Assembly: GCA_964359735.1 (NCBI GenBank)
Contig: CAYHTZ010000001.1
Coordinates: forward strand, 1,457-65,456
Length of the DNA: 64,000 nt
Direction: 5' to 3'
DNA from: an uncultured Candidatus Saccharibacteria bacterium
GTDB lineage: Bacteria > Patescibacteriota > Andersenbacteria > UBA10190
The notes under the pieces were generated by a model, which saw nothing but the letters and a program-made list of their open reading frames with translations, had not been told where the DNA came from and ran no database searches. Shown piece by piece: positions 1 to 9,959 of the stretch (position 1 is the stretch's first letter; every line of letters starts with the position of its first letter). The translations under genes and the position numbers were made by a program.

Positions 1-2063
1 CGCCCTCCAGGCCGAAAGTAAAATGACACAGAAAACTCCTGCTGTCCCTTTAGTTCATCGTGCTTCAACGGTATGGTCAGGCCGCTTCTTCCTTCCTGCT
101 GCACGAATGCGATGTCTGTCTCGAGAGGGTCGAACGGTCTAACTAACGCCGCCCCTTCCCCGTCAAATAGCAGGAAGACAGTGAATGCACCGCCCTTCAA
201 TGTTTCTTGTCTCCTTTGCTCCTCAAAATCCGATAGATCGAACGTAAGTGTTAACAGCTTTCCTTCAATCTCCGAAACTGAAATAACCTGCTCAGACAGT
301 AACACCGTAGGTTGTGTAAAGGCTAAGGAGGTACGCGGGTCAAGACGCCCACCCGGAAGCTGCCGCCACCGTCCATCCTCACCCACCAAAGTATCTTCGA
401 GAGTAAGAGGAGTTTCGTTGTACCGGTAGACATCAAAAACTGGCGTCGAGAGCATGCGCGGCAATTTTCTTCCCAAAAGTTCAGGCTGTCTTCCAAAACG
501 GCGAAGGTGTGTAAACGATCGTACGTACTGAAGAAATTCCTCTGCGAGCGTCGGCGTATACAGCTGATACCGAAAGGCGTGATCGTAATTCTCTGGTTCA
601 ATCGGCACGACCAGGTAGTTCGGCTGTCCAAACAAAAACATATGGGGGTCATCTTCGTGCGTGCGGATGCGCGTCGTGGCAGTGCGCCCCCGGTCAAATG
701 GCAGGCTCTGTCGGCCCCCCGCTTCGAATTCGCCCACGACTTCGCCGGGCTCAAGTGCCGACTCGACAAATTCCACTACCTGGATACGAATGTCTTTACC
801 CCAGGCAAAGATCGGGTAGGTTACCCACGTGACTCCAGCTGTGTAGACAAAAAGAAATAACGCCAGCACGGTGGCAAGTGTTCTACGCCCCCACACCTTC
901 GCGAAAGGGAAGTTGCCCGCGATCACCGCCGGGAAGAGCACTACGAAGGTAGAGAGCGGCATAGCATACCGATCGTCCAAAGGACCGGTGAAACTAAGAC
1001 TGTGGTAAACAAGCAGTGAAGCTAAAAGTGTCAGAAGATAAGGGACCGCTTGCTTCGCGCGCCAAGCCGCTACCACGAGCCCCGTAAAGAGAAGAGCCAT
1101 AAACGGAAACACCCGTCGCAGTGCTCCCCCAAAGATCATTTCCAAGAATACCCTGGGTGGCTCGTTATAATCCCGCCAGCTCGTGAGAAACGATTGAATC
1201 GTGGGTAGCCACTTCACCGTGAACACTTGCGTCGTAGGCTCCGTTAGCACCTTCCACCAACGAGCAAAATCAATGAATGGGTAAGGATACAGCGCGAAAA
1301 AAGCCGCCATTGCAGCTACTACGGCCGCGACAGGGTTGCCTCCCACGAGTAAACTCAGCCGTTTCTCGCGAGCAGCTCGTAGGATATGCGCCAGCAGCAC
1401 TACCGGCAGGACAACCACCACTGACGGCTTCGTTGCCGCCCCAATACCCGCCGTCAGCCCCGCCAGCACGTACCAAAATCGGCTACCACGATCGTAGATG
1501 CGAATCGCACATAAAAGTAGCAGCGCATCGTATGTAGCCACTAACAGATCCCCCTTCAGCAGCTGTGAGTAGTACCAATGGCCCGGCATAACAGCTAAGA
1601 GCGCCATGGCCAGCATGCCGCTTCTCACTCCGCCGAGCCGAACACCCAGAGCGTATACCGTGAGCAGCCCCAGCACGCCAAATACGCTATTCACTGCTCG
1701 CGCGGTGGCATACTCAAACACGACGTTCTGATCCGAGTTCCAACCTACCTTCTCACCTAGCGTAAACAGCGGCCGTGCGATGACACGCCACAGAAAAACC
1801 GGGCGCACAATCTCGTATTCATGGAACTGTTCCTTGTACTCACTCCAAGGAATTTTCAGGAAATGCATCACGTGCGGCTCATCGTGGTGGGGAGGTCCTA
1901 TGGGCTGCGTGTAAGAAAGTCCCCAATCCAGCCCACCGACTCGCAAATACACGCCGAGCAAAAAAATTGCCACCCAGAGCCAGCGGCCGGCTCGTGAGGC
2001 AGGAAGTCTCCACGCTCCCGACCACTCCTGTTTAAGATACGCCAATATTTTTTTCACCGTCAT
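1..2063 (-). CDS. GT39/ArnT/PMT-like GT-C membrane glycosyltransferase, partial (3' end beyond window start); absent from ORF track because it runs off the edge
   Basis: Manual reverse-complement translation gives an uninterrupted frame from ATG at 2063-2061 to position 1: MTVKKILAYLKQEWSGAWRLPASRAGRWLWVAIFLLGVY...SQLLKGDLLVATYDALLLLCAIRIY...KPSVVVVLPVVLLA..., multi-TM, resembling the other GT39 paralogs in the window. In-frame stop upstream at 2118-2120. Confidence 0.6.
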   Translation of the reverse strand, partial: MTVKKILAYLKQEWSGAWRLPASRAGRWLWVAIFLLGVYLRVGGLDWGLSYTQPIGPPHHDEPHVMHFLKIPWSEYKEQFHEYEIVRPVFLWRVIARPLFTLGEKVGWNSDQNVVFEYATARAVNSVFGVLGLLTVYALGVRLGGVRSGMLAMALLAVMPGHWYYSQLLKGDLLVATYDALLLLCAIRIYDRGSRFWYVLAGLTAGIGAATKPSVVVVLPVVLLAHILRAAREKRLSLLVGGNPVAAVVAAMAAFFALYPYPFIDFARWWKVLTEPTTQVFTVKWLPTIQSFLTSWRDYNEPPRVFLEMIFGGALRRVFPFMALLFTGLVVAAWRAKQAVPYLLTLLASLLVYHSLSFTGPLDDRYAMPLSTFVVLFPAVIAGNFPFAKVWGRRTLATVLALFLFVYTAGVTWVTYPIFAWGKDIRIQVVEFVESALEPGEVVGEFEAGGRQSLPFDRGRTATTRIRTHEDDPHMFLFGQPNYLVVPIEPENYDHAFRYQLYTPTLAEEFLQYVRSFTHLRRFGRQPELLGRKLPRMLSTPVFDVYRYNETPLTLEDTLVGEDGRWRQLPGGRLDPRTSLAFTQPTVLLSEQVISVSEIEGKLLTLTFDLSDFEEQRRQETLKGGAFTVFLLFDGEGAALVRPFDPLETDIAFVQQEGRSGLTIPLKHDELKGQQEFSVSFYFRPGG

Positions 2064-2119
2064 GCCTATCACTATCGCCCAGGCGCTCCCTAGTGTAAAG
2101 TAGTTGCGATAGATCGATT

Positions 2120-2854
2120 ATGATCCACATCGTTATCCCCGCGTACAACGAAGGCAAAAACCTACCCGCGCTGTTGCAAGATATTGCCAAAGCACTCGCA
2201 AAAGAACCCTACGCTGCTGCCATTGTAAATGACGGCAGCAAAGATAATACAGTAGAAGTTGCACGTGGTCTCGCCAAGCAATACCCCGTGACTGTGCTTG
2301 ATCATCACGTGAACCGCGGCGTGGCTGAGGCCTTCCGCACCGGTATAGCTCATACCAGCGCCAAGGCCGCACCGAATGACGTCATCGTAATCATGGAAGG
2401 CGACGGAACTTCCTCTCCAGTTGTTTTGCCCGAAATGGCCCGGCGCGTGCGAGCCGGCGCCGACATTGTTATTGCTTCGCGCTATGAAGCGGGCGGAAAG
2501 TATCAAAAATTCCCTCTCAAGCGGCTGATTCTCAGTAAAGGCGCAAATATTGTCTTTCAGCTCCTATTTCCGGTGAAGGGCGTTAAAGATTACTCAATTT
2601 TTTATCGCGCCTATCGAGCCGGCGCCTTGCAAGAAGCTCTCGCCCATTACGGCGACAAATTCATTACTGTGCAAACTTTTTTTGCAAACATTGAAATACT
2701 CTTGAACCTACGGCCATTTATTACACGAGTTGAAGAAGTGCCCTTTGTGTACGACTACGGTAAAAAAAGAGGTAAAAGCGGCATGAAAATCTGGAAAAAT
2801 TTGCGGTCGTATCTCTCCTTCATAGCCCAGCATGCCTTCCGAAGCGAAAAGTGA
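2120..2854 (+). CDS. GT2 polyprenol-phosphate sugar synthase (Dpm1/GtrB-like)
   Basis: MIHIVIPAYNEGKNLPALL...VNDGSKDNT...NRGVAEA: GT2 DxD-type signature, 244 aa, divergent from the GT39 gene. Confidence 0.7.
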   Translation: MIHIVIPAYNEGKNLPALLQDIAKALAKEPYAAAIVNDGSKDNTVEVARGLAKQYPVTVLDHHVNRGVAEAFRTGIAHTSAKAAPNDVIVIMEGDGTSSPVVLPEMARRVRAGADIVIASRYEAGGKYQKFPLKRLILSKGANIVFQLLFPVKGVKDYSIFYRAYRAGALQEALAHYGDKFITVQTFFANIEILLNLRPFITRVEEVPFVYDYGKKRGKSGMKIWKNLRSYLSFIAQHAFRSEK

Positions 2855-3770
2855 AGATAAATTCGTCTGTCACTTATGCGGAGCAGGCTCGTATAGAGTA
2901 GTTGTTCGAGGAAATACCAGCCGGCAACAGGCGGCGGGACATGGCGAAGTTTCCATGGAGGAGTATACGTGCACCAGCCGGCACCACGGACAATTCTTTC
3001 AGGTGGTGGAGTGTTTGCGCTGCCGCCTACGCTCCCTCTTCCCTCTGCCTCCAGCGCAGGCAGTTGAAGACGCCTACACGCGCGTTAAGGATAGCGAGTA
3101 CCTCTCCATTGAACCTCCGCGTAAAATAGCTTTCACAAAACTTCTGCAGCGGTTAAAGAATTACTCAAAGCCGCCAGGCAAGCTTCTCGATGTCGGCTGC
3201 TACACCGGCGTGTTTCCCTGGCTCGCAGAGCAGCATGGATACGATGCCTACGGAGTGGAGCCAAGCAAGTGGGCTGCAGACATTGCGGCAGAGCGACTGC
3301 CTGGCAGAATTCATCAAGGCTATTTAGAGAACGCTGCGTTTCCATCAGCCTCATTTGATCTGGTGACTTCCTGGGATGTTATCGAGCATGTCACCGACCC
3401 GGCCAAAGAAATTAAGCTCATGGCGGGCCTCCTTAAGCCGAGCGGCTGGCTTTGCCTATCCACCATGGCTTCTGAAGCGCTGATCGTAAAAACCCTCGGC
3501 TCGCGCTGGCCCTGGTACATGCCTATGCACCTTTTCTACTTCACTCCGCAAACATTAAGTGAATTTCTGCGCCGCGCTGGGCTCTCTCCAAAGCGTCCCG
3601 AGCCGTACCCGCACTACACCACTATGTCGTACGTGTTCTGGAAGTTAGAGCCAGCACTTGGGCTACTCGCCCGCGCCTTGTCCCGCAGCGCCAGGCAGTT
3701 GGGGTTTTCAGAGCGGGTTATAAAAATTGACCTAGGAGATTTCTTTCTCATCGCCGCCAAGAAGCAATGA
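2832..3770 (+). CDS. Class I SAM-dependent methyltransferase with N-terminal Cys4 zinc ribbon
   Basis: CHLCGAG...ECLRCRL zinc ribbon; LDVGCYTGVF (motif I); DLVTSWDVIEHV. Confidence 0.65.
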   Translation: MPSEAKSEDKFVCHLCGAGSYRVVVRGNTSRQQAAGHGEVSMEEYTCTSRHHGQFFQVVECLRCRLRSLFPLPPAQAVEDAYTRVKDSEYLSIEPPRKIAFTKLLQRLKNYSKPPGKLLDVGCYTGVFPWLAEQHGYDAYGVEPSKWAADIAAERLPGRIHQGYLENAAFPSASFDLVTSWDVIEHVTDPAKEIKLMAGLLKPSGWLCLSTMASEALIVKTLGSRWPWYMPMHLFYFTPQTLSEFLRRAGLSPKRPEPYPHYTTMSYVFWKLEPALGLLARALSRSARQLGFSERVIKIDLGDFFLIAAKKQ

Positions 3771-5416
3771 TAAAATACTTCTCAATGAACCGCCGCCTCC
3801 GTATCTTTGTTGATGTAACGCTGATTGTAGTGCTAGTAGCTTCCGCTCTTGCCGTCCGCGTCCCTATCGCGCTGGAGAGAAAAATCATGCCGGCCGGCGA
3901 CGTTTTTAACTTGCAACACATTGCCGATTTTATCCTGCGGTTCGACTATCCTAACCGAGAGAACCGTCTCCCAGGCTTCCCAGCCCTTTTGCTGCTAACT
4001 CGACCATTCCCCGTTGACCCAGTCCAAGCTGCGGTAGGCGTTAGCATTGCGCTCTCTTCTCTCATGCTGGCGTGCCTGTATGGCATAGGCCGCACGCTCG
4101 GCATTCACCGTGTGCCGCTTTTCGCCACATTAAGTCTGTCAATTTTTGACCCCCTTCTCACCATTGGCGCCGTGCGGCCGCTGTCCGACGCTACCTTTTT
4201 ATTCTTCTTAAGCCTGTATCTATTTTTGGTTATCCGTGTGCTGGCGGGAGAAGAAGCGCCCGCTAAGCGCTGGCTTGTCTTCATAGGGCTCGCCACTATC
4301 GCCATGATGTTTACTCGATTCGAAGGCGTCGTGGTGGCGGCTTTAACATTGCCACTTCTGTGGTTTAAACTTCCTTGGAAGAAAGTCGTGGCTACCATTG
4401 CGATTCCTTTCGTCACCGGGCTGCTCTGGATACCCGTCCACTTACATATCCACGGCTCTCTAGCCGGAGGGTACATAGCCGCCTTTGCGGACCCGAGCGG
4501 CGATTTTGGCAACCTCAGCACTGTTCCTAGCAAAATCCTCATCATGGTGAAAAGTGCTGGCTGGGGAACAGCATGGACACTTCCTGCATACGAACTCGAG
4601 CAAGAACCAAATGAAGAAGCCCTACAGCGCCTCGTGATCCAGGGCACGTGGTGGCTAAGCATTTTAGCAATACTTGGCATACCTTGGCTGCTCATTACCA
4701 AACGTTCCGCCGCCCTTCCTTTACTCCTAGCAGCTGCTGGGTACATGTGTATCCTCTCTCTTTGGTTCCTCTACAGCCGCTTTGTGGTACCGCTGGTGCC
4801 AATCTTTTATCTCACAGTCGCTGCCGGGGGAAGTTTTCTTATGAGTGCAATTGCAGGCGAGCGCAGCCGTCCAAATTATGGCGACTTAGCGCGCGGCGCG
4901 GGACTCCCAAGCTTAAGTCTTGCGAAGCAAGACGAGCAACGCATGAAAAATCGGAGCCATAATTTGGGGAGGCTGGAAGCGAGCCTCATCCTAGCCACAA
5001 TTTTCTTCGGCTGGATTCTCTGGACTGAGGCACCCCGGTTGTACCACCAAGCCCTCAGCCGCGCTTGGGAAAGCAACCAAAAAGGGTATTCGCTCTTCGA
5101 CGGCCTGCGCCAAACCGCCAAGCTAAAGGAGCCCACAGCTTATTGGACCGAGGCTCATGCCTTCGCCACACTGTATTTGAAAGAACACGGTTTCTACTTT
5201 AACCGTCGCCCTAATGACTCTCCCGAAGAGTTACATGAACTCATGCAGGAAAATAAAATTAAGCACCTCATTAATTCGGGTGACGATACACGCGTTCCCG
5301 AACTCAGAAAGCTCCTCCAAGAGCGCGGCAATGTTGCGTCCACCACCACGTACCGTGCACTCATTTGGGGCGATGGCAGCTTAGAAACAACGGACGTGGA
5401 TCACTTAGTCTGGTGA
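3767..5416 (+). CDS. Polytopic membrane protein, GT-C-like; carries an in-frame copy of the ~130-nt repeat element (family A)
   Basis: 549 aa with many TM segments; contains ERSRPNYGDLARGAGLPSLSLAKQDEQRMKNRSHNLGRLEAS encoded by 4852-4984. Confidence 0.5.
   Translation: MIKYFSMNRRLRIFVDVTLIVVLVASALAVRVPIALERKIMPAGDVFNLQHIADFILRFDYPNRENRLPGFPALLLLTRPFPVDPVQAAVGVSIALSSLMLACLYGIGRTLGIHRVPLFATLSLSIFDPLLTIGAVRPLSDATFLFFLSLYLFLVIRVLAGEEAPAKRWLVFIGLATIAMMFTRFEGVVVAALTLPLLWFKLPWKKVVATIAIPFVTGLLWIPVHLHIHGSLAGGYIAAFADPSGDFGNLSTVPSKILIMVKSAGWGTAWTLPAYELEQEPNEEALQRLVIQGTWWLSILAILGIPWLLITKRSAALPLLLAAAGYMCILSLWFLYSRFVVPLVPIFYLTVAAGGSFLMSAIAGERSRPNYGDLARGAGLPSLSLAKQDEQRMKNRSHNLGRLEASLILATIFFGWILWTEAPRLYHQALSRAWESNQKGYSLFDGLRQTAKLKEPTAYWTEAHAFATLYLKEHGFYFNRRPNDSPEELHELMQENKIKHLINSGDDTRVPELRKLLQERGNVASTTTYRALIWGDGSLETTDVDHLVW
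4852..4984. repeat. Family A structured repeat element (~130 nt), copy 1, in-frame inside CDS 3767..5416
   Basis: About 88% identical to 11950-12083; outer stem ccaaattatgg/ccataatttgg plus inner hairpin gtcttgc-gaa-gcaagac. Confidence 0.8.
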
Positions 5417-6279
5417 TACCACTCCACCGTTCGCCTGATTCCTTCCTCCAATGTAACTCCTGGCTCCCAGGCCAAGAGCCGCTTCGCTTTCGAATTATCG
5501 AGTACCCAGGAATCATCTCCTTTCCCCGGATATGGCGTTACCTGACGGGAGATCTTTTTTCCCGTCACCTGTTCGATCGCTTGCAAAATGTCTTCAAATG
5601 AATGGGCCTCATCTGCCGCGACATTGAATTCTTCATACTTTTCTCCGCTTCTCACCGAAGCTAAAAGATACACCTCCACGACATCATCAATATACGTAAA
5701 ATTGCGTACCAGCGGGCCTACCGAAATAGTAAACGGTGTACCTTCCAGCGCGGCGCGCACCGCCGTTAAAACAAAACGCGAGGGGGAGTCCCCTGGTCCA
5801 AAAACGGGAGACAAGCGCAATACACTGACTGAGATATCGTGTTTTTCAGAGAACAGCCGACAAAAAAACGTGGCCGCAGCCTTCGTCACCGCATAATCAT
5901 CCCACGGAGAGAGCGGCGTATCTTCCGTAATTGGCACGCGGCTGGTCGCATACTCTTTGGCACTGGCCGCAAAAATGAATCTCGTGCACCCATGCTTTAC
6001 TGCTGCTGAGAGCAAGTGATACGTCCCCGTGATATTCACCGCAACCATGCGCGGCACATCTTTTTCATGTCCGAATGTGCCATAGGCCGCCAAGTGAAAA
6101 ATAACTTCAGGCTTTGCCTCCTCCACTGCGCGCTCCACGGCCTCAACATCTGTGATATCTCCCTCCGGCAAAGAAAATGTTGCTACCTCAACCCCTTGCA
6201 CTTGCAACTGTCGAACCAAATGCGCCCCCACAAACCCCGTTGCCCCCGTGACCAGAGCGCGAGTGTACAGCACCTTCAT
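5401..6279 (-). CDS. NAD-dependent epimerase/dehydratase (SDR), possibly an NDP-sugar ketoreductase
   Basis: VTGATGFVGAHLV Rossmann motif; YAVTK catalytic YxxxK. Confidence 0.7.
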   Translation of the reverse strand: MKVLYTRALVTGATGFVGAHLVRQLQVQGVEVATFSLPEGDITDVEAVERAVEEAKPEVIFHLAAYGTFGHEKDVPRMVAVNITGTYHLLSAAVKHGCTRFIFAASAKEYATSRVPITEDTPLSPWDDYAVTKAAATFFCRLFSEKHDISVSVLRLSPVFGPGDSPSRFVLTAVRAALEGTPFTISVGPLVRNFTYIDDVVEVYLLASVRSGEKYEEFNVAADEAHSFEDILQAIEQVTGKKISRQVTPYPGKGDDSWVLDNSKAKRLLAWEPGVTLEEGIRRTVEWYHQTK

Positions 6280-7544
6280 ACAATTTCAATTTCCGGAAAG
6301 GGAATAATGATCTTGGCTCCTTGGTCTCGGTACGGCGATAATTTCTGCAAAATGGCATCGCGAAAGTTATAGGCAAGGAGCAGAAAGTAATCAACTTTTT
6401 CTTCTGCTAGCTTTTCTTCCGGATAAACCGGTATGTGCACACCTGGCATAAAACGGTGTTGCTTTAAGGGAGTACTATCCACCAAGTAATCTATAAGTTC
6501 GCCGTCGATTCTACAGTAATTAAGCAAAATCACACCCTTCGCTGGGGCTGCCACGCCCACTACCTTCTTACCTTGTCTCTTGAGCTTCTGCAGCAGGTTC
6601 CGCAGTCCTACGCGGTAGTCCGCTGCTTGCTTGGCAAATTTTTCGAATGCCTCTCGCTTGTGCAGCCCTGCCGCCCGCTCCTCGCGGACAACTCGCGCGA
6701 CTCCCGGTAAAATCTTGTGCTTTTTGCTCCCTGCATGGGCAACGTAAACGCGCAAACTACCGCCCTGCGTCAACACTTTCTTTACATCAAATACCTTCAT
6801 GTCATGCCCTTCAAAAAACGTGAGTAATGGTTCCAGCGCAAAGAAAGAAAGGTGTTCATGGTAAATCACATCAAAAAACTTCTGCTTAAACATTTCGAGC
6901 AAATGGGCGAATTCAATCACGAAAATTCCCTCGGGTTTAAGTAACTCTTTCACCCCGCTGGCGAAATCGTGAATATCGTTAGTGTGGGCAAAGACATTTG
7001 TAGCCGTGATGATGTCAAATTGCCCGTACTTTTTGCGCATCTTCTTCGCAAGCGCGTGAGAGAAAAACTCAGGCAACACTGTTACCCCCTTGGTCTTGGC
7101 AATGAGCACCACGTTCTTCGCCGGGTCAACACCAAGCGTTTCTGCCCCCAGAGCCTTGAACTCTAAGAGTAACGTGCCATCATTCGCCCCGACGTCGAGT
7201 ACTTTCGTCTTTTTCGTGACTCCGAACCGTTTCTTGCTCTCAGCCGCCAATTCTCGAAAGTGCGTCACCAGCGGCGCAGATGCCGAGGTCAGGTAATGAT
7301 ACGTCCCAAACAGTTTTTCCGGCGGCACGATCTCGTCGATTAAAGCCAAGCCACAGTCTGCACAGCGGCAAAACCGTAAGGGAAATAGCTCTTCCTTCTG
7401 AAAATCTCCTTCCGTTTCGAGGAATTTATTCGGCGCCGGCATCATGCCGAGGTCCAAAATCCTCGTAATTTCCCGTCCTCCACATATGCGGCAGCTGGTC
7501 ACTTTCATGGTGCTGATTGTAGACGGGCTTCCTGGAAACCTCAA
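6276..7544 (-). CDS. NDP-hexose C-methyltransferase family protein (zinc ribbon + SAM MTase + C-methyltransferase C-terminal domain)
   Basis: CRICGG...CRCADCG zinc ribbon; VLDVGANDG; 422 aa with the architecture of the TylC3-like family; 4-nt overlap with the neighbouring SDR. Confidence 0.6.
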   Translation of the reverse strand: MRFPGSPSTISTMKVTSCRICGGREITRILDLGMMPAPNKFLETEGDFQKEELFPLRFCRCADCGLALIDEIVPPEKLFGTYHYLTSASAPLVTHFRELAAESKKRFGVTKKTKVLDVGANDGTLLLEFKALGAETLGVDPAKNVVLIAKTKGVTVLPEFFSHALAKKMRKKYGQFDIITATNVFAHTNDIHDFASGVKELLKPEGIFVIEFAHLLEMFKQKFFDVIYHEHLSFFALEPLLTFFEGHDMKVFDVKKVLTQGGSLRVYVAHAGSKKHKILPGVARVVREERAAGLHKREAFEKFAKQAADYRVGLRNLLQKLKRQGKKVVGVAAPAKGVILLNYCRIDGELIDYLVDSTPLKQHRFMPGVHIPVYPEEKLAEEKVDYFLLLAYNFRDAILQKLSPYRDQGAKIIIPFPEIEIV

Positions 7545-8281
7545 CCGCGGACCGGTTGGAAGACAGGGTCCTTTCTTCCTGCTCTCGCCAGGTGGTAGCG
7601 CGCTAACGTCCAGAGCATCTCGGCCGTGTATTTAATACCTTTGCGCAGACCCATTTGCGTTACGCCCGGCGGGTATTCGCACACCACCGCTATCTCTGTA
7701 ATCGTAAAGCCGTGATAAATCGCCTGCAGAATAGTTTCAAAGCTGAATAAGTGATCATTTGAATTCGCCTCAAAGTTAACTCGCTCCAGGAACGGCCGCG
7801 TATATACGCGAAAGCCCGTCTGAAATTCCGTCAGGCGCGTGCCTAAACTTACGTTCGCAATCCAGGTCAAAATAATGTTCACCACGTACTTAATTAGCGA
7901 CATCCCCGCCTCCCGGGCCGTTCCCCCCTCCATGAGCCGAGAGCCCAGTAACATGCCGTCGGTGGGCTTTAGTGCCGCCAGCACTTTCGAGAGATCCCCG
8001 CCATTATATTGTCCGTCTGCGTGTAACTCAAAAAATATATCGCCGTCTGTCTCTAAAGCTTTTCTCAGCATCCCTTTCATATTGCCGCCATAGCCCAAAT
8101 TACGCTCATTCTGATACACCCGCGCTGGCAAGGTTTTAGCTAATTCAAATGTCTCATTATTATCGGGAGATTTATCATCCACTATAATAACTTCCTCTAC
8201 CAACTCCCGCGGGATTTTCCGAAACGTTTCAACCACACGTTTCCCAGCCCGATACGCCGGCATAAGCACTACAACCTTCAT
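7541..8281 (-). CDS. GT2 polyprenol-phosphate sugar synthase (Dpm1-like); track ORF extends to 8452 but the likely start is MKVVVLMPAY at 8281
   Basis: MKVVVLMPAYRAGK...IIVDDKSPDNN...NLGYGGNMKG...HADGQY. Confidence 0.7.
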   Translation of the reverse strand: MKVVVLMPAYRAGKRVVETFRKIPRELVEEVIIVDDKSPDNNETFELAKTLPARVYQNERNLGYGGNMKGMLRKALETDGDIFFELHADGQYNGGDLSKVLAALKPTDGMLLGSRLMEGGTAREAGMSLIKYVVNIILTWIANVSLGTRLTEFQTGFRVYTRPFLERVNFEANSNDHLFSFETILQAIYHGFTITEIAVVCEYPPGVTQMGLRKGIKYTAEMLWTLARYHLARAGRKDPVFQPVRG

Positions 8282-8309
8282 AAAAACAGTATAAACGTGG
8301 CCTTTAGTC

Positions 8310-9959
8310 TTACAACACCCATCTTGCTTTAGGATCAGAGACGATTTCCTCTTCAGCGCACTGCGGCAATTCAATAAGGTCACCGTCTCTAACTGCATCT
8401 CGCTCCTCCGTCGGCCGCTCGTTCTGCGGCAAACGTTCGAAAATCCAGACATGAGGCAGACCGTTCACAGTCAGCTGCCAGTTACATTTCCCTCGGCCAA
8501 AGTACGCCTGAAGATACCGTATAGATTCATGGCTCGGCCCACGACCGAACATGGTACGGTAAAGAATAACGTATTTGTAATCATCACGATCGTACTCATG
8601 TCCAATTGATTCAGCAATCCCCCCATAAAATTCCCGCAGGACAAACGCATATGCCACGGCGACTGGCGGCGGCTCTTCTCCTTCTAGAACGCCGCCTTGA
8701 ACCCACGCTGCTGCCCGCTCCAACCCCTCGCCCCACCCAAGCTTTTGTTGCGACGTAACGGGGTACAACGGGTTAAAATAGGTCAGATAATATGGGTGAA
8801 TGTAGCTAATATCCCAAGCCAAGATTCCAGCTAACACCAAACCTGCCACGAATGCCACCTTCTCAACTTTCCAACTCCGCGCAAGTTGCGTCACCAGAGA
8901 GGACAACCAGAGTATCCCTCCGGCTGCTACAATATCCGTAACCATAAACCCTAAGAGAAAATAGCGGTCGCTTTTCTGCCCGCTGAATGTAAGCATAACG
9001 CCGTACGCCACCGTACAAACGACCAGGAACAAAATGAGGTTCCTCGCCGGAAACTGCGGCAGGCTCTGATTCCACACCGGGAGTGGAACTTGCTTACTCT
9101 CCCGGTGTGGTCGCCAGGTTAATAGCATTCCTGCTAACCCCACCGCCCCAAACACCACTGCCACCGGCGTCACTCGAAACCACCATTCCCGAAGGTAATA
9201 GAATGGCTCCCCTCCACCCTTGCCTACTTCTGTCTCGGCAAGACTAAGTTTTGAATATTTAGTAATAATCGAAAGTGGCTCTGCTGGTGCAAACACCGTC
9301 GGCCAAATTACGGCGGATACTGCCAGCATGAGAAGAATAATCACTCCCATGCGTTTTCCCTGATGACCGTCTCCAAATCTCTTACTGAAACTGGCTGCCA
9401 ATACGAGAATTGGCAGCCACAAAGCAAAAAACTTAGAGAGAACAGCCAGGGCCGCTGCCGCTGCCGAAATATATAAGTATCGCCGGGAGTGCATCTGCCA
9501 GGCGAGCGCTAACAGCAGCAGCGCCACCAGCATAAACCCGGCTTGTAACGCATCTGTATGCACCAAGCGGCTTTGTGCAATGTGAAATGGATCTAGAGCC
9601 AAGAGCACTCCAGTCAGGACTGCCAAAGGCCAGCCCGCGAGCCGGCCGAGCAAGACTATTGCCATCAGTAAAAGAATGCTCACAGGAATCACAATCGCGG
9701 CCTGTGATGCTTTCCAGGAGTGAAGCTGGTCAGCTATGCCAGCAAATAGCATTGTCGTTACTCCCGGCTGCCCGCCCGAAAATGTCATAGCCGGGTCGAG
9801 CGTGGAAAGCCCCACCACATACCGGTGCGCCCGTCCCCGCCAAATAGGCTCATCGTTTACAATGACACTCCCCAGGTCAGCCAGGCGCGGCCAGAGAACC
9901 AAAAGAACAAGCCCCAGCGCAATCAGAATTGGTTGTAACGATTCATCGCTCGTTCGCAT
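8310..9959 (-). CDS. GT39/ArnT/PMT-like GT-C glycosyltransferase
   Basis: GGQPGVTT...AQSRLVHTDAL motif, many TM segments, C-terminal GWGEGLE domain. Confidence 0.7.
   Translation of the reverse strand: MRTSDESLQPILIALGLVLLVLWPRLADLGSVIVNDEPIWRGRAHRYVVGLSTLDPAMTFSGGQPGVTTMLFAGIADQLHSWKASQAAIVIPVSILLLMAIVLLGRLAGWPLAVLTGVLLALDPFHIAQSRLVHTDALQAGFMLVALLLLALAWQMHSRRYLYISAAAAALAVLSKFFALWLPILVLAASFSKRFGDGHQGKRMGVIILLMLAVSAVIWPTVFAPAEPLSIITKYSKLSLAETEVGKGGGEPFYYLREWWFRVTPVAVVFGAVGLAGMLLTWRPHRESKQVPLPVWNQSLPQFPARNLILFLVVCTVAYGVMLTFSGQKSDRYFLLGFMVTDIVAAGGILWLSSLVTQLARSWKVEKVAFVAGLVLAGILAWDISYIHPYYLTYFNPLYPVTSQQKLGWGEGLERAAAWVQGGVLEGEEPPPVAVAYAFVLREFYGGIAESIGHEYDRDDYKYVILYRTMFGRGPSHESIRYLQAYFGRGKCNWQLTVNGLPHVWIFERLPQNERPTEERDAVRDGDLIELPQCAEEEIVSDPKARWVL

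Noticed and set aside
4105-4746. Numerous antisense or overlapping track ORFs (e.g. 4105..4746, 13528..14016, 40791..41120, 42640..43281, 44244..44963, 58737..59360)
   Set aside because: They lie wholly inside longer, homology-supported genes on the opposite strand or in another frame; typical shadow ORFs of a moderately GC-rich sequence.
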